The translations under genes and the position numbers were made by a program. 34,278 nucleotides of DNA. Source: Jimgerdemannia flammicorona. Lineage: Eukaryota. The stretch covers positions 1 to 34,278 of the forward strand of contig RBNJ01000280.1 of NCBI GenBank assembly GCA_003990765.1, given 5' to 3'. Shown piece after piece: positions 18,461 to 33,500 of this stretch; position 1 is the first letter of the stretch, and each line of letters opens with the position of its first letter. A model generated the notes under the pieces. That model was not told where the DNA came from, did no database searches, and saw only the letters and a list, made by a program, of their open reading frames with translations.

Positions 18461-20489
18461 ATGTCATCCCCCAGCCTCTACGACCCTCCGGTCTCGCGCA
18501 AGGCACTCATCCACGCAATACGACCACACCTGCCGCCACAACACCTCGAACCCCATCCCAATAACTCCCCAGGCCCACCGAGCCCCGTTCCTTACCACCT
18601 CCAAGGTGCCTCCATTACAAACGACATCTACAAGATGCACAACGACCTCCTCACCACAACCCTCCCGCGCTCTCGGTCAGATATCTCCCTTGCATCAAGC
18701 CACCACCCCGTCTCAGCCACCGATCCTGTCCTCGACAATGTCGCCAAACCCGGCGGCTTCCGTCGCTTCTTCGTCCACTCCCTCCGCCCCCCTACCCCAA
18801 CACCAGACCCCGCGCCCACTCCCGCGATCTCGCAAACCTCGACCTACCAGTCCTTCCCGGATCAGGAGCTCTTCGAGGAGCCCCCTCCGGGCCTGCCCAA
18901 GCGCACGCGCCACTTCCTCGAGTGGCTCGCCATCAACTACATCTTTGATCGTTTCGCTGGCGAGGACCTCTCTGAGTCCGAAGGTGAAGACGGCCTGTCC
19001 GATGACGAGAACCTTCCCTACGGCCAAGACGACCTCCGTCCGCCTTCTCGCGCGCTCTCCGAGCGCGCCCCGTTACTCCGACGACGGTCTTCGTCCATGG
19101 GCGAAGGCCTGCCGCAAGCCAAGGCCACCACGCTAAAGTCCTTCTTCCTGCTACTCAAGGCGTTCATCGGCACAGGAATCCTGTTCCTGCCCAAGGCGTT
19201 TTCAAACGGCGGCGTCATTTTCTCTGCGGTGTTCTTGTGGTTCATTGCCGCCGTATCCATGTTTGCGTTCCTGCTACTTGTGCAATGCAAAGAGGTTATA
19301 ACGGGAAGCTTTGGCGATATCGGGGGGACGCTGTATGGGAAGTGGATGCGGATGGCCGTGCTGTTCTCGATTGGGTTGTCGCAGGTTAGGATTGTGTAGT
19401 TTTGTGGGCGTGTGTACAGTTGGGGTTTTCCGATGCGCGGGAGGTTGTATACCATCATTTAAGTCCCTCTTGCTTCCTTCCTACCCCTTCCTGATCTGGC
19501 TCCATCACGTCCTCCACCAGATTGGCTTCGTCTGCGGTGGCAGCATCTTCATCGCCGAGAACCTTCAGCTCGTTATCAAAACTATTACGGACGGTGCCGT
19601 CGTCATTCCTTCCAAGACCCTCCTCCTCATCCAAGCCCTTCTCCTGACCCCGTTAGTCCTCATCCGCAACATTGCACGCCTCTCCTTCACTGCCCTCCTC
19701 TCCGATGTCCTCATTACCTTTGGCCTCGCCGTCCTCGTCTACTACGACGTCCGCAAACTCCTCCTCCCTCCCTCCTCCTCCTCTAACGACCCCTACCCCA
19801 CTTCCTACCAAACCCTCACCCCAGGCCCGGACATCGTCTGGACCATCAATATGACCTACTACCCGGTCTTCATCGGCACGGCTGTCTATTCCTTTGAAGG
19901 TATTGGTCTCATCATCCCCATCCGTGACGCCATGCTCCACCCGGATCAGTTCCCTCTCGTCCTCGCCGGCGTCATGACCCTCGTCGCACTCGTCCTCTGC
20001 CTCATCGGCGGTCTCGGTTACATCGCCTATGGTTCCGCCGTTCAGACCATCGCCCTCTCAAACCTGCCCCCAGAATCGCTCGTTTCCGCCATCCGATGCC
20101 TTTACGCCTTCGCTATTATCCTCTCTGGTCCTCTTACCCTCTTCCCGGCCACCCGCATCGTTGAACAGGCCGTTTTCGGGCACCGCACCGGAAAACACGA
20201 CTGGCGCGTCAAATGGCAGAAAAACTTACTCAGAATCGCCGTCGTCGCTGCATGCATGGTCGTCGCCTACCTGGGCGCGTCGGATCTCGACAAGTTTATA
20301 AGCTTGATCGGATCCGTATGCTGTACGCCCCTCAGTTTCATCTTCCCAGCCCTTTTCCATCTCAAGGCCGTAGCTAGGACCAGGGTCGAGAGGATCGCGG
20401 ACGTGGCACTGTGTGTGTTTGGCGTCATCGTTATGATCTTCACCATGTCCGTTACGGCAGGCGAGTGGGCTGGAGCGGGCTGGTGGTGA
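18461..20489 (+). CDS. Vacuolar amino acid transporter, Aa_trans/AAAP (SLC36/Avt3-Avt4-like); 2 exons, ~630 aa
   Basis: Exons 18461-19384 and 19521-20489 (GTTAGG...CACCAG, phase 0). Motifs PGGFRR, FAGEDL, LLKAFIGTGILFLPKAFSNGG, GSFGDIGG.LYG, GTAVYSFEGIGLIIPI, KWQKN, LDKFISLIGS.CC.PL.FIFP..FH. Confidence 0.92.
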
Positions 20490-21020
20490 TAGGAAGAAGT
20501 ATAGGGTGGGTTGGATACTGCTTGGCGTGCTTGGATGGACAGGTCGCAGGTCGGCTTTTATCCGCGAGTTGCAAGGCATGGTTTGGGTTCGAGGGTGAGC
20601 GGGGGTTTGTGTATGTACGAATGGACACTTTCATTTTTTTTTTCTCTTTTTTTGACCCGGTTCCGAGCTCAGATACAGATAACAAACTCTTATGTCAGCG
20701 CATACAGAATTTGGACTGTACTTACATAAGATTATTATTTCACCGTGTACTATATATTGGCCATTTCTTAATCTTCACATAAAGGTAGCCAACTCGCATA
20801 TCCATCCGTTTCTCCAATTACCAACGCGGCCATATCATTGTACTGAAGTTTCAGACGAAAATCAACCTCGGCACAGCAAGCGAATCTGAATCGCGAGCAC
20901 ACCAAACCCGTGAAAAGAAAGCTTTGCGCTATAGGATGCAAGTTTGGTTGGTTTTATTTTATTTTTTCCGCCGTCATACACAGCCGCCGGATTTAGAAAA
21001 GAAGGAAAACATTTTAATTT

Positions 21021-22622
<1,602 letters not shown>

Positions 22623-23339
22623 GGCTGGTGCGAATAGGGGGTTGTTGGAAAATCAAAAGAGATGTGGGAATGAATGGTGGCATACGGTCAGAGTTTATCA
22701 GTGACTGCTCGGGGATTATAAAATTGGGGAACGCGACTGGGGTGGTCAAGGATCAGGACCAAAAACCATCCCTCATCACGTGTCACTTGAGCTCTTCCCT
22801 TTTTCTTTTCATCAACCTCAGTAACCTCAATTGTCATCAATGTATAGTACACGCAATCGCGAGAATTGAGTGCACCCAGTATGCACTTTTTTCTTTTTTT
22901 TACATGCTCTGCAACTCTACTCTCCGACATGGACAGCTGTCAAATTCAAATTGATGAATTTCACCCCCACCTTTCGCCGCGGATGCTATCCGCGGCAACA
23001 ATCGGGGATCCGCGGCAACAACGGGAACAACCTCGGATTGGGAACCGGCCCGCGGTGCTCGATGGCCCCCTACGTAAAACTCTCCGTCCCATCCAATCTA
23101 ACATCGCATGTAGCACAACAAGATGCGATGCCGACGGTTGGTCGAAGAGGGACGTGCACCAATAAAAAAATCAGATCGTCCACCACGATAAGCGCAAAAG
23201 AAATTCACTCTACGAGGCGAATCACGTGGGCTAAGCCATAAAATCATGAATCTGAAGTAGCGGCGCAGTAAAACATAACTACGTGCGGCAAGCTGCTGCT
23301 ATCTGTTAGGCCGCAACCGTCGCAGTACCAAGTGTAAAA

Positions 23340-23900
23340 TATCCTTCTGATATCCTTCTTTGATCTATTATATGGGGCACCATCAATCAAAACATATATT
23401 CTGGAAAAATAAATTTAATTACATATATAATATCTGATAGCTTTTACTTTGCTATAAAGTTTCTATTTATTTAAATTACTTAATCTTATAATATTATATC
23501 AGAAGAGATTGTCTAGTAGATTTATATTTAGCAGATAAAATGGTTTCGTTTAAATTATATTATGTTAGACTCTAATTTGTTTAAATTTATAATATTAAAT
23601 ATAAATATATTATAATATAATAACAAAATTATAAATATTCTAAATTAAACAATTTAATTTATAGATTAGTTTTATTAATATATTTAATATTAATAGTTTT
23701 TATTTTATTTATTTATAAGTTCAAGTTAAAAATTTAAAAAAAGAAAGCTAACTAATACTAAGTTTATCTAAATTTTTCTGTTTAAATTATTTTTATATTA
23801 GAGTATGAGCAGGATTATTATTATTATTTAAAAAAAGTTTATTGAGTAATAAAAATTTATCAAAGAATCTTTTTACATTCTCATTTTTCTTCTTCTTATT
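23340..23900. other. Very AT-rich island, probable eroded transposon relic
   Basis: Abrupt switch to AT-rich, CpG-poor sequence between GC-balanced intergenic segments; no motif recovered. Confidence 0.4.
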
Positions 23901-24458
23901 ACATTCTATTTCTTCAAAGGTTATTTTTGCTGCGATCGTAGGTTGTTTATGCTACATGAGAAATTGGGTGCACTCTGCTTCGAAACAGCGTTTGAATACC
24001 TATATATACAGAATTTCCAAGTTTACATCCTGATGAGAGGCTCTCCGCATGGTGTTGATCGGACATGGCCATTTTTATTTGGAAATGAAGGGTTGTCAAT
24101 TCATGTAAGTCTACGATTCTCAACGGAACTCTTTGTATGCCGCCAAATGATTTTGTGCTACTCCGTTTTGGTTTTGGTGGTCAACACTCGAGTAACAGGG
24201 ATATCCATGAGCTCAAAACAAAAAAAAAAACAGAGTTTCACAATGCCCCTGGGGTGAAGGTGGAATACTATTAGGTAGTGTTACCTTCTGTATAGAACGT
24301 CGGGAACGGTTTTTCTCCTGAATGTGAGGAGTTGTCGAACCATGTTTCGTTTCACGTCACGGTACTTGAGAGGTACCAAGACATGAAATGTTATGTTGAT
24401 GGATATATAGTTGCTAATTTCCCAATACCTCACCTCATTCGCTGCTTCCACTGAATCG

Positions 24459-25346
24459 ATGATAAAGAGGATGACACCTGCCACACAAAGGATCTCGAAT
24501 CTCTCTTCTCCCGTCGTCAAGCCTACCAAGTACTCACAGGAAGTATCCCCCACCCCCATGTGGACACGCGTCCTCACACATCTCGGAGAACCATCATGGT
24601 CGCTCTCGAGCCATGCACCCACATCCATTTACATACAAATTCCTTCCGCAACCTGGGCGACTGCGACCGCCTCTATCTCGCCGGTACCCGCAAACGACAC
24701 CGCGCCGGAAGTGGCCCTGCCTTTCATCCTGTCGTTTGTCGTATTGTCGATAGTCCTGATTGCCTACATCGTCGGAATATTTACGTGGCGCTGGGCGAAG
24801 AAACTGTTCAAAAAAAATGCCGTCCGGCCCTTTGCGACACACCTTGCCGGTTTTCCCGAGAACACTACCGCTCCGCGATTGACGGAACAGTGGAACCGGG
24901 ATACGTCGCAGGACTTCGTCGCGAAAGTGAGGGAGTGGAACGAAATGCATAAGGAGTGGGACAGGAAGCAGGCAATGATGGGCGAGACTTACATCAAAGC
25001 ACCAGCGCCCTTGCCGAGGCAGGACCAACCGTTATCCCACATCGTCAACAACGCCTACGTTACTATTCCTGTAGCGGATGACGTCCCCGCAGACGACCCG
25101 CGCTCGCTGCCGAGACCCTTCTCCAGAACACTTCAGACATTGTCGTCTTCGTGGCGCTCGCACGCAGCGTGGTCCCTGTCATCGAACGATAGCGCCGCGA
25201 GGGGGGCACCGGATGCTGCGCTCGTGCCAGATGCCCCCACGATGAGGGAGTGCAACGCAAAATTACCACCGGCGGTGCTCAAACGGGCTCAGCCGGTGAG
25301 ATCCATGGCGGCGACGATCGAGTCGACGGATGGGAATTACTTTTGA
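24459..25346 (+). CDS. Hypothetical single-pass membrane protein
   Basis: ~295-aa ORF from the first ATG (24459). Ser/Thr/Pro-rich N-terminus, one hydrophobic helix (VALPFILSFVVLSIVLIAYIVGIFTW) followed by basic residues, GC-rich coding-like composition. Start is uncertain. Confidence 0.6.
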   Translation: MIKRMTPATQRISNLSSPVVKPTKYSQEVSPTPMWTRVLTHLGEPSWSLSSHAPTSIYIQIPSATWATATASISPVPANDTAPEVALPFILSFVVLSIVLIAYIVGIFTWRWAKKLFKKNAVRPFATHLAGFPENTTAPRLTEQWNRDTSQDFVAKVREWNEMHKEWDRKQAMMGETYIKAPAPLPRQDQPLSHIVNNAYVTIPVADDVPADDPRSLPRPFSRTLQTLSSSWRSHAAWSLSSNDSAARGAPDAALVPDAPTMRECNAKLPPAVLKRAQPVRSMAATIESTDGNYF

Positions 25347-26366
25347 CATGCCCACCGGGGTTTTCCCCACCCCTCCCCCATTTTTTTTGGATTTTATATT
25401 TGCGACACAATGGAAGTCGCATAGCGAAACTCCCAAAAGCTCGACAATAAACCTGTTTCGATTTAATAAAAATCCATACATGAAGGCCTTAAACACATGT
25501 TGTATCCGAATCTATAAACTCTAGAGCTACAGGCAATCATTCTGATTTTGCACATGGTTTCCTTATAGTAGGATCTAGTCCCAAGCATTTGCTTAGTATG
25601 TATGCCAATGTACAAGATAAACCAAGTAATAAAATATTCAAGATCTTTTATCAAGTGTAGATTTTATTATCTCTCTACACAGTCAATATGTTTATTATTA
25701 AAGAAGAGTAGAAGCAGAACAGTGTTTCTTATCAGAATATTGTAAAATTGCAGACTTATCTCATAAAGTCTCATATATATTAGATAATTGAGAAGTGATA
25801 TGGTTATTTTAAATATATTTTTATTATTGGTTTTATTGTAAAAAATTTTATATTAAATTTAAGATAAATTATAAAAATTAGCCAATTATAGCTCTTTATT
25901 TAATATAGATTTAAAATATAATTTTTAGAAAAAAAAAAAATCCAATTATAATATAGTAAATGCTTAACTTGAAAAATATATTAAATTTCTTTATTTTGAA
26001 TTTTTAATCTTAACTTCTCAAAGTTAGTTACAAAGTAAGTTTGAAAGATATATATATCTACTTGTAAACTACTTAGTTTTTTTCTTTGAACTATTTTAAT
26101 TTAAGATTTATTTACTTATAATTCTGAGTTATTTATATAAGTTTACTAACTATAATATTTTCTATATTATATTTAAGAATTAGATTTAGATATTACAATC
26201 AAATATTTATTTTCTAATTTATTTTTAATTTAAATTATATATTATAACTTCTTTAAAATATTGATTTAAACTTTTAAGTTTTTATATTATTCAATTTATT
26301 TAATTATACTTTTTAATAATATATATATATTTCTATATTTAAATAAAGTTTTTTAAAACCACTTCT

Positions 26367-27011
26367 TTATTTTTATTTTTATTTTTATTTTTTTAATAAT
26401 CTCATAGACTTCTTTATTATCAAACTTATCTATCTCTAATATAATATAATAATTCTTTTTCTAATCAATCTTTCTCTGGAGACTACTCTTTACTTCTTTA
26501 TAATTAAAGACTATCTGACGGTTAACCATTATACATAACTCTCTCTCTACTTTACTTATAAATCTCCTCTATGAGATATTGGAAACAATTTTTCTAGAGA
26601 CTCTATTTTATCTATTAGTCAGACAAAACCTCTCTCAATAATTCTTCTCACCTTACCAAATACTCCTCCAAACTTATCTATCTTCTCTTCTTAAATACAT
26701 ATAATCAGTATCTAGCTAGTCCCACCTATATCACTAAGATCTACTTAACTATAAGCTACTTATTATTAATATAACTCATCAATCTCTCTCTCAAATCATT
26801 CTATCTATCTTTCTCATCATTCTCTCTCCTCATTACTCTTAAATACTTCTTAACTGCTACTCAGAGGTCTCTAAAAATCTTATACTCATCTAGCCAATAT
26901 TCAGATATCTATGAAGCCTCTCTCTTACTCTATATTATAATACTTCTTACAATTAAAGCACTCACCATCTATTAAGTAATCTGACTGAAAGTTTAATGTA
27001 ATATTTCTCTA
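26367..27011 (-). mobile_element. Heavily G>A-eroded, 5'-truncated copy of a LINE related to the element at the window end
   Basis: The reverse complement aligns by eye with ~33632-34260 (e.g. RNITLNFQSDYLIDG..FNCKKYY vs RNVMLNFYSGYLVEGGQFDCEEYY; the AATAAA-tail region). T-rich tail 26367-26394; TSD TAAAAC[C/T]ACTTCT at 26354-26366 and 27012-27024. Confidence 0.8.
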
Positions 27012-27530
27012 TAAAACTACTTCTCTAAGATATATATAATATAGATTATTTGTTATATTTAAATAGTTTATAAACTTATTTTACAATTATAATTTAAATA
27101 TAAAAGATCTGATAAGTAATAATTTAATCTTTTTCTATTATATTTAATATATTATTTAAGTTTGAAGTATTTCAAAAATTTGATCTAATATTAGTATATT
27201 AAAATGAGAAATTTATAATAAGTATATTTATAATATTTTAAATACTATTGAAGAATTTCTCTATAATTTTTTTTTTTAACTTAGTAATATTTTATTATCT
27301 TTCTATAACTTATTAGATAGTACTTGTAATCTTAAAGACTATATATATATATACTATTTGATATAATATTTTTAAATAAGTTTTAGTAAATAATAGTAGT
27401 AATAATTATATCTGAGAGTTTTTATAACTAAAAGATAGTCTTTTTTATATTTTATATAAGATAAGATTTTTTTTACTTAAGCTTTAGTTTTTATAATTAT
27501 ATATAAAGCTTCCACTATATTTTAATATAC

Positions 27531-28006
27531 TGTAACATAGTGGATGCTTACTCTTGAAAGTACGTTGGATTTCTATATCTTGAAAACTTGACTGTTCTGA
27601 CTCTCGCAGAGTCTCTTGAAGTTGCAGGGGAGGGTGGGTGAGTTCAAAGTGTATCTGTCTACAGGCTTACTAGTTCCTTTGCTATCTCTTTGCTTTGAAC
27701 TATTTTGATCTGAGGTTTATTCACTCGAAGATACTGGGTTATTTATACAAGTTTGCTAGCTATGAGAGGGTGGCTAAGTAATAAATGAGTCATTTGGACT
27801 TTGTCGAAACATTTAGACAATGTCTAAATGTTATACTAAATCGGGGTATCTGATTTGGATAATGTCTAAAATTTAGACAATATCTAAGAATTTAGACAAT
27901 GTTGAAATCGAGGACTGCTAACTATAATGCTATACTACTTTGGAAATGGGTGCGATCAAGTGTCTATTCTCTATTTCCTTCTTCCAAATCTGGCTGTACT
28001 GTCACA
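27531..28006 (-). mobile_element. Complete 476-bp LTR (copy 2; 3' LTR of a minus-strand element)
   Basis: Termini TGTAACA...TGTCACA (TG...CA with a short inverted repeat). Minus-strand purine tract AGGAGGAAG(T) abuts the LTR at 28007-28016. Repeat of 1-408. Confidence 0.88.
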
Positions 28007-28397
28007 ACTTCCTCCTGAATGGATGGTCTCATCCCTAAGGCATCTATTCAAACTCTCAGGCTTCAACAGTCTGTATGGTCTTGTACTGTGCAATTTGCTG
28101 CATGACTGTTTCCCAATGATGTCTTCTCACTTTCTCGAAGTCAGTGGGAGTTACTCCTCTCAGGTGGTCTATTGCTGTTTCATCTTCTCGGAAATAACTT
28201 GTGGATCCTTTTGGCAATAGTGATCTGTGAGTAGGAGAGTTGACACGTGGCAATCCAGTCCTCCTTGGTCTTTGCTGGATCCTGATTGAGCACCTGTCCA
28301 AGCTTGAAGTACTCTTGGAATTCTGCCCGATATTGATAGGCTCTAAAGTGTAAGATCTGAGAGAGATGAGTCTGCACCACCTCTCTCCACTACAATT
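28007..28397 (-). mobile_element. 3' internal region of the LTR element with a frameshifted ORF remnant of unknown type
   Basis: Lies between the PPT/LTR and the LINE 5' end. Minus-strand frames ...AEFQEYFKLGQVLNQD...ITIAKRIHKLF / EDETAIDHLRGVTPTDFEKVRRHHWETVMQQI. Confidence 0.5.
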
Positions 28398-28458
28398 CAC
28401 ATTACACACACTTTTCAACATACTTTTGAAGCATTTATTGGAGAAAGATACTAAGGCA

Positions 28459-30492
28459 ATGTCAACCAGCAAGCAAGCTGACATGTATACTAGGTCGGGT
28501 GGACCTGGAGCCTTCGACTGGCAGACTGTTGGGAGAGGATATGGATTGGGAATGGGGTCTTTCGGTGGCTCGAGTGGGCAGGGCAGCTCGGGTAGTAGAG
28601 GTGGCACTGGTGGGGGGGCTGGAGAGAAGTAGGGGAGGAGCTTTGCGGACATGCTGAAGGGTGGGGGCTGGCCGATGGGCACTCATGGTGGACCGGCGGG
28701 AGGGAAGGGGAAGCAGAAGGATGGAACCGCTGGGGGAGCTGGACCTTCGCTGGGGAGAGGTGGGGGAAGTGGAGGGACGGCTGGGGGTAGTAGTGGGACT
28801 GCTGATGGTGGTGTGACGGTGAATCTGGAAAAAAAAAGAGATGTGACGATTGATGGCCAGAGGGGGCAGGGGCTCCCAATGCGGAAGGGGGACCTGGCTG
28901 ATGGTGTAACGGGACTGGCGGTGGCCCCGTTGCTCAAGAAGTCAATCTCGGAGTTCGCGGCTACCTTGTGCTTCCGAGGCTTGGCAGTGATGATGAGGAT
29001 GGTCCTGGGGCTTATCTCGAAGCAGGTGGCTGGTGCGGCCTCGATAAAGTTCTTGAAGAGCATGGAGGGGGTTGAGGTGGGCTTTGAGGAGGCAGGCCTA
29101 CTGGACGAGGCCATGAAGACAGGAGTGGTGGTTGGGGAGGTAGTAGTCCCCATGGTTAGGTGCTTGAGGTGGGACCCCAGGGTCATGCAGCTTCTGGTGA
29201 GGGGGGTGCCCACAGTGACTAAGGAGGAGACTAGGAGGAGGGTGGAGGAGGTGATGGTTGAGTATGGTGACGTGGTGGACATTGGATTTCAATTGTGGGA
29301 GGGGATGACTATCAGGATGGGTGACATCGATGTTAGGATTCGGTTGGCAGAGAAAGAGGCCACAGGGAAGCCGAGTGACTGGCCCTCAGTGCTGATGTGG
29401 GGGGCTGTCATCTGCAAGGTGTCGAGGGTGAAGGGGAGTGAAGAGGAGGAGGAGGACTTGTTGGAGGTGCTGGAGGAGTTGGGTGGTGCTGTAGAGAGGA
29501 GGGCAAAGGCCTGGAAACTGTTTGAGGAATCGACACATCTGGAGGTTGTGGGCGGGAGGCGTATCCGTATGGATAAGAAGCAGTGGGAGTGGATCCAGGG
29601 ACGCAAGAGACAGAAGGAGCTGTTGGCGGATATGACAGGTAGGGGGAAGAAGCAGTCAGGTGAAGCTGAGGAGTCTGGGGGTGCTGAGGCCAGTGTCTGG
29701 GCTAGTAAAGGAGGAGAGGAGGTAGAAGCGAAGGAGGCAGGGGCTGGGAAGGGGCTGGTCAAGGACCCATTTGCTGATGGTACCTTTGAAGTGTGGGAGC
29801 CGGAGTTGGATGCCACCCCCCCCCCACTTATCAGGAGGGGCCCAGTGGGGATGTGAGGGAGGCAGGAGGATACACGGATGCAGGGGGCCCAGCAGGTGTG
29901 CTTTGGGGTCCCTAATGTGGCTCAAGGGGGTCAAGTGGTGGCAGTTGGTGAGGATGAGCTGGTGGATGTCCCTGAGGAGGAGTGGGATGAGGCTGCTAGT
30001 GTAGGAGCTGATACTACGATGTTGGATGCAGGGCAGCTGGGGACTCCAGGAGGGAAAGAGGTGGGGAACTTGTTGTGAGTATGCAAGGTGATGGATAACC
30101 TTGCAGCAGAAGCATTGGGGAAGGTAGATCTGCGGGCGATGCCTGAGGAGTATTGGGCAAGGATCCTGTATGGGGATGGAATGGTGGAGGCGCTGAAGGT
30201 GGAGATTCTGGTGATTTTGCTGGAGGAGGAGGGATATGAGGTGGATGAGGTGAGGAAGGCAGACCTGGGGGTGGTCGCTGCTGAGTGGGCAGCCTACTGT
30301 TGGGCAGAGCGTCGGGGTCTACAGCTCTGGCAGGAGACATGTCTGGAGTATCGCGAGGATTTTGAGGAGCGTGAGGATGGGGCAATGGTCGAACTTCTGG
30401 GGGAGTTGGAGGCACGGGAAGCTGGGGAGAGGGAACTGGCTGCTGAACTTAACTTGGACCTGGTGCAGGAGAGGCAGGATGCCGACTTATAG
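28459..30492 (+). pseudogene. LINE ORF1 (gag-like), disrupted
   Basis: ATG 28459, Gly-rich N-terminus, SFADMLK, RRM-like VRGVP...EYGDVVDI. In-frame stop at 28630-28632, frameshift at the C-run ~29816-29826, stop at 30076-30078. Confidence 0.7.
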
Positions 30493-30524
30493 AGGGTGGG
30501 CTTTGCTATATATCATTATTCTTT

Positions 30525-33500
30525 ATGAACAGTACAACCAACATTTTTTCCTTGAATGTGAATGGGCTAAGGGGATCTGGGTGGCGTCGGAACATTTTTA
30601 CTTGGCTCAAGGGATTGGAGGCTGATCTCTTTTTATTACAGGATGTTCGATGTGAGGATGAGGACAATCGGACAGAGTGGACTAAGGAGTGGGGGGGGGC
30701 TGCTGCATGGTTTGGAAAGGTAGCCATTCTGGTGAGAAAAGGCAGAGGAGACTTGGGGGGAATCAGGAGCTGGGGTGATCACTTGGTCTGGGGAGATTGG
30801 CATCGGCCGGGTTGGGAATCGGTGAAGGTGGGCTCTTACTACTGCCCTGCGGCTAGGGGTGAGCAGATTGCTTGGATTAGGGGATTGCTGGAGGAGGGTA
30901 CTCTCTTGGAGGAAGGGGTAGATGTTCTTAGTGGAACTTTAATATGGTTCGGGATCAGCATCTGGACAGAACTGATGGAGGGAGGAGTGCCGGGGGTAGG
31001 AGTGGAGGTCTGGATGCGTGGGAGGAGGTGGAGATGTTGAGCTCCTTGGGGGATATGGGCAGAACGAGGTGGGGTGATGCCAGGGTCTACATGCATTGGG
31101 TGAATGGCCTGGGCACAAGAATCGACTGGATTCTGATGGCAGAGTGCTGGGGTTCGGATGTTTGGAAGGCGTTGGAAGTGGAGTGGTGCCCATGGTCTGA
31201 TCACTGGGGACTATTGGGGCAGGGGCAGTTTGGGGGGAGTGGAGATGGACCCGGACATTGGTGCCTTAACTCCTCCCTGCTGGCTGAGAAGGGGCTGTGA
31301 GAACTTTGGGTGAAGGACATTCAGGCAAAAGTTTGTACTTGGAAGCATGAGGGTTTGCCTGTGGCTGTCTGTTGGATGTGATTGAAAGAGGCTGCAAGGG
31401 TTTATTGGGGAGAGGCCGGTAGGGAGGCTGGGAGGCTGAGAAGGAGGCGCATGAGGTGTGCTTCCAGCAGGCTGAGAAGACTACAAGTGGATTGGGCGGA
31501 CTTGCTCACTGTTGTGGAGGTGGAGGATTGGAGGATAGAGAGGGCGAAATTGGATGTAGTGGAACTACAACAGGTGCTGAGGGAAGAGGAGGAGATACAT
31601 ATGTGGGGCATGGCTGCTAGGCTGCGGTGGCAGGGGCTTGAGGAGGGTGAGCAGCCTACTAAGTACTTATCGAGACTTCTCAAAGCTAGGCAGGTGCGCC
31701 ATCGGTGGGATGGGGTCCTGGATGCTGATGGGGACATGGTTCATGGTACGCAACAAATCCTGGGGGTCTTGAAGGAGAGATGGCAGGGTTTGTGGAGTGA
31801 GGGAGAAGGGGGTGCAGATGGGGCAGAGATTGCGGATTCACTAGAGGAGTGGGAACCACCGCAGGTTGATGGACTGGGAGACTTGATCTTACCAGTCCAG
31901 GGAGAGGAGATCCAGGGTGTCCTGGCAGCAACTAAGCTTGGGACGGTGCCAGGAGAGGATGGATTGCCGTGGGACTTCTGGAAGAAGATGGTGAATGTCC
32001 CCGGAGTGTTGGGCAAGATGGCTGGTCTTTGTGACCATGTCCTTCAGAGTGGTACGTGGGTTGGTGAGCAGGATTTGGGACTGGTGGCCCTACTGTACAA
32101 AGATAAGGGAAGAAGGGAAGACTGGAAGAACTGGAGGCCGATTATGCTACTGGATATAGACAGGAAGATGGTGACTAAGGTGATTGTCACGAGGCTGCAG
32201 AAGGTTGCCCAACAGGTGCTGGGAGAAGAGCAGAGGGGCTTTGTTAGGGGTAGGCTAATCCGAGATGGAACTGCATGGGTTCATGGAGTCATTGAGGGGG
32301 CCCAGGTCTGTGGGCTGGATGGAAGGTTGGTCTTTCTGGACCAGGAGAAGGCCTATGACCGTATATGGCGGGTGTGGCTGGGAAAGGTGTTGGACTGCAT
32401 TGGTGTTCCCCCAACATTTAGGGCCTCTATGTTGAGTCTGCTGGAAAGTAGTTGGGCAGCTCTGACATGTAATGGTTATCGCAGGAGGGCTTTTTCTTTG
32501 GGAAGGGGAGTGCCTCAGGGGGACCCTCTGTCCCCGATTCTCTATGCCCTTTCACTGGAACCATTGTTGGATAGGATTTGCTGGAAGATAGTGGGGCTCT
32601 CTATATTTGGTATAGTGTGGAAGGTGGGGGCCTTTGCTGATGATATGGTGGTTGGACTTGGGTCTGTGGCGGATGTAGAGGCACTTCTGGGGACTGTGGA
32701 ATGGTATGAGGCCCATTCGGGGGCAAAACTCAACTGGTATAAGTGTGAGACAATGGTGCTAGGGAATGGGTTAGTGGGTGGGGACGTCATTGGAACAATT
32801 GTCCCTACTGGTGAGGTGGTGCGGTATCTGGGCATCTTCCTCTCTGTATATGGTTCTGTCTTACTACGAGTGTGGTGGGAGGGCAGGGTGAACAGTTGGG
32901 GGGAGGCCCTTCGAGGATGGGGAGGCCGCCATATCTCTCTAGCAGGGCAGGTGTCAATCCTGAATGTATATTGGTTCCCGAAGCTGTGGTATGTGGCATA
33001 TTACCTAGACTTCCTAGCATGGGTGGTGAAGAAGCTAATGAAGGTGGCTAGGGACTGGATTTGGGCAGGGAGGAGGTCCCAGGTCAGTTGGGATACTCTG
33101 GTGAGACCGGTAGTCAGGGGAGGTCTGGGCCTGGTGGATTTCCCTAAGAGGCTGTACTGCTTGAGGGCCTGGTGGTTGAGGAGAGCTGTGGAATTGCAGG
33201 GCGGGGGTTGGGTACCTCTGCTGCAGAAGATATGGGAGATGCGAACCTCCCCTCGATGGTCCTCCAGGGATCTGCTCTCTTTGGTGGGGCTGAATGGAGT
33301 TTGGCGACTGTGGTTCAAGGGGTTTTGGTGGGGAGTGGCTGAGGGAGCACACCAAATTGGCCTGCGCTGGCAGGGTAATGAGGGGGAGGTGGCATGGGGG
33401 CCTAATATGTGGCGTTGGGATAGTCTGCTCCTGGGGGGTACTCCCCTAGCTGCATTCGATATTGAGGAGGGGGTGGAGTGTCAGCAGGGGCTTGGCCGGG

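Noticed and set aside
23265..23957. Possible terminal inverted repeats around the AT island (MITE/DNA transposon)
   Set aside because: Only a loose, gapped match (TAAAACATAACTACG vs reverse complement of CGTAGGTTGTTTA) and no TSD.
25463..25654. Cys-containing minus-strand ORF as a piggyBac-like zinc finger
   Set aside because: Cys spacing is incomplete and no transposase core could be reconstructed nearby.
28056..29934. Pro/Ser-rich minus-strand ORFs over the LINE
   Set aside because: Antisense artefacts of the G-rich ORF1 strand, apart from the LTR-internal part below 28397.
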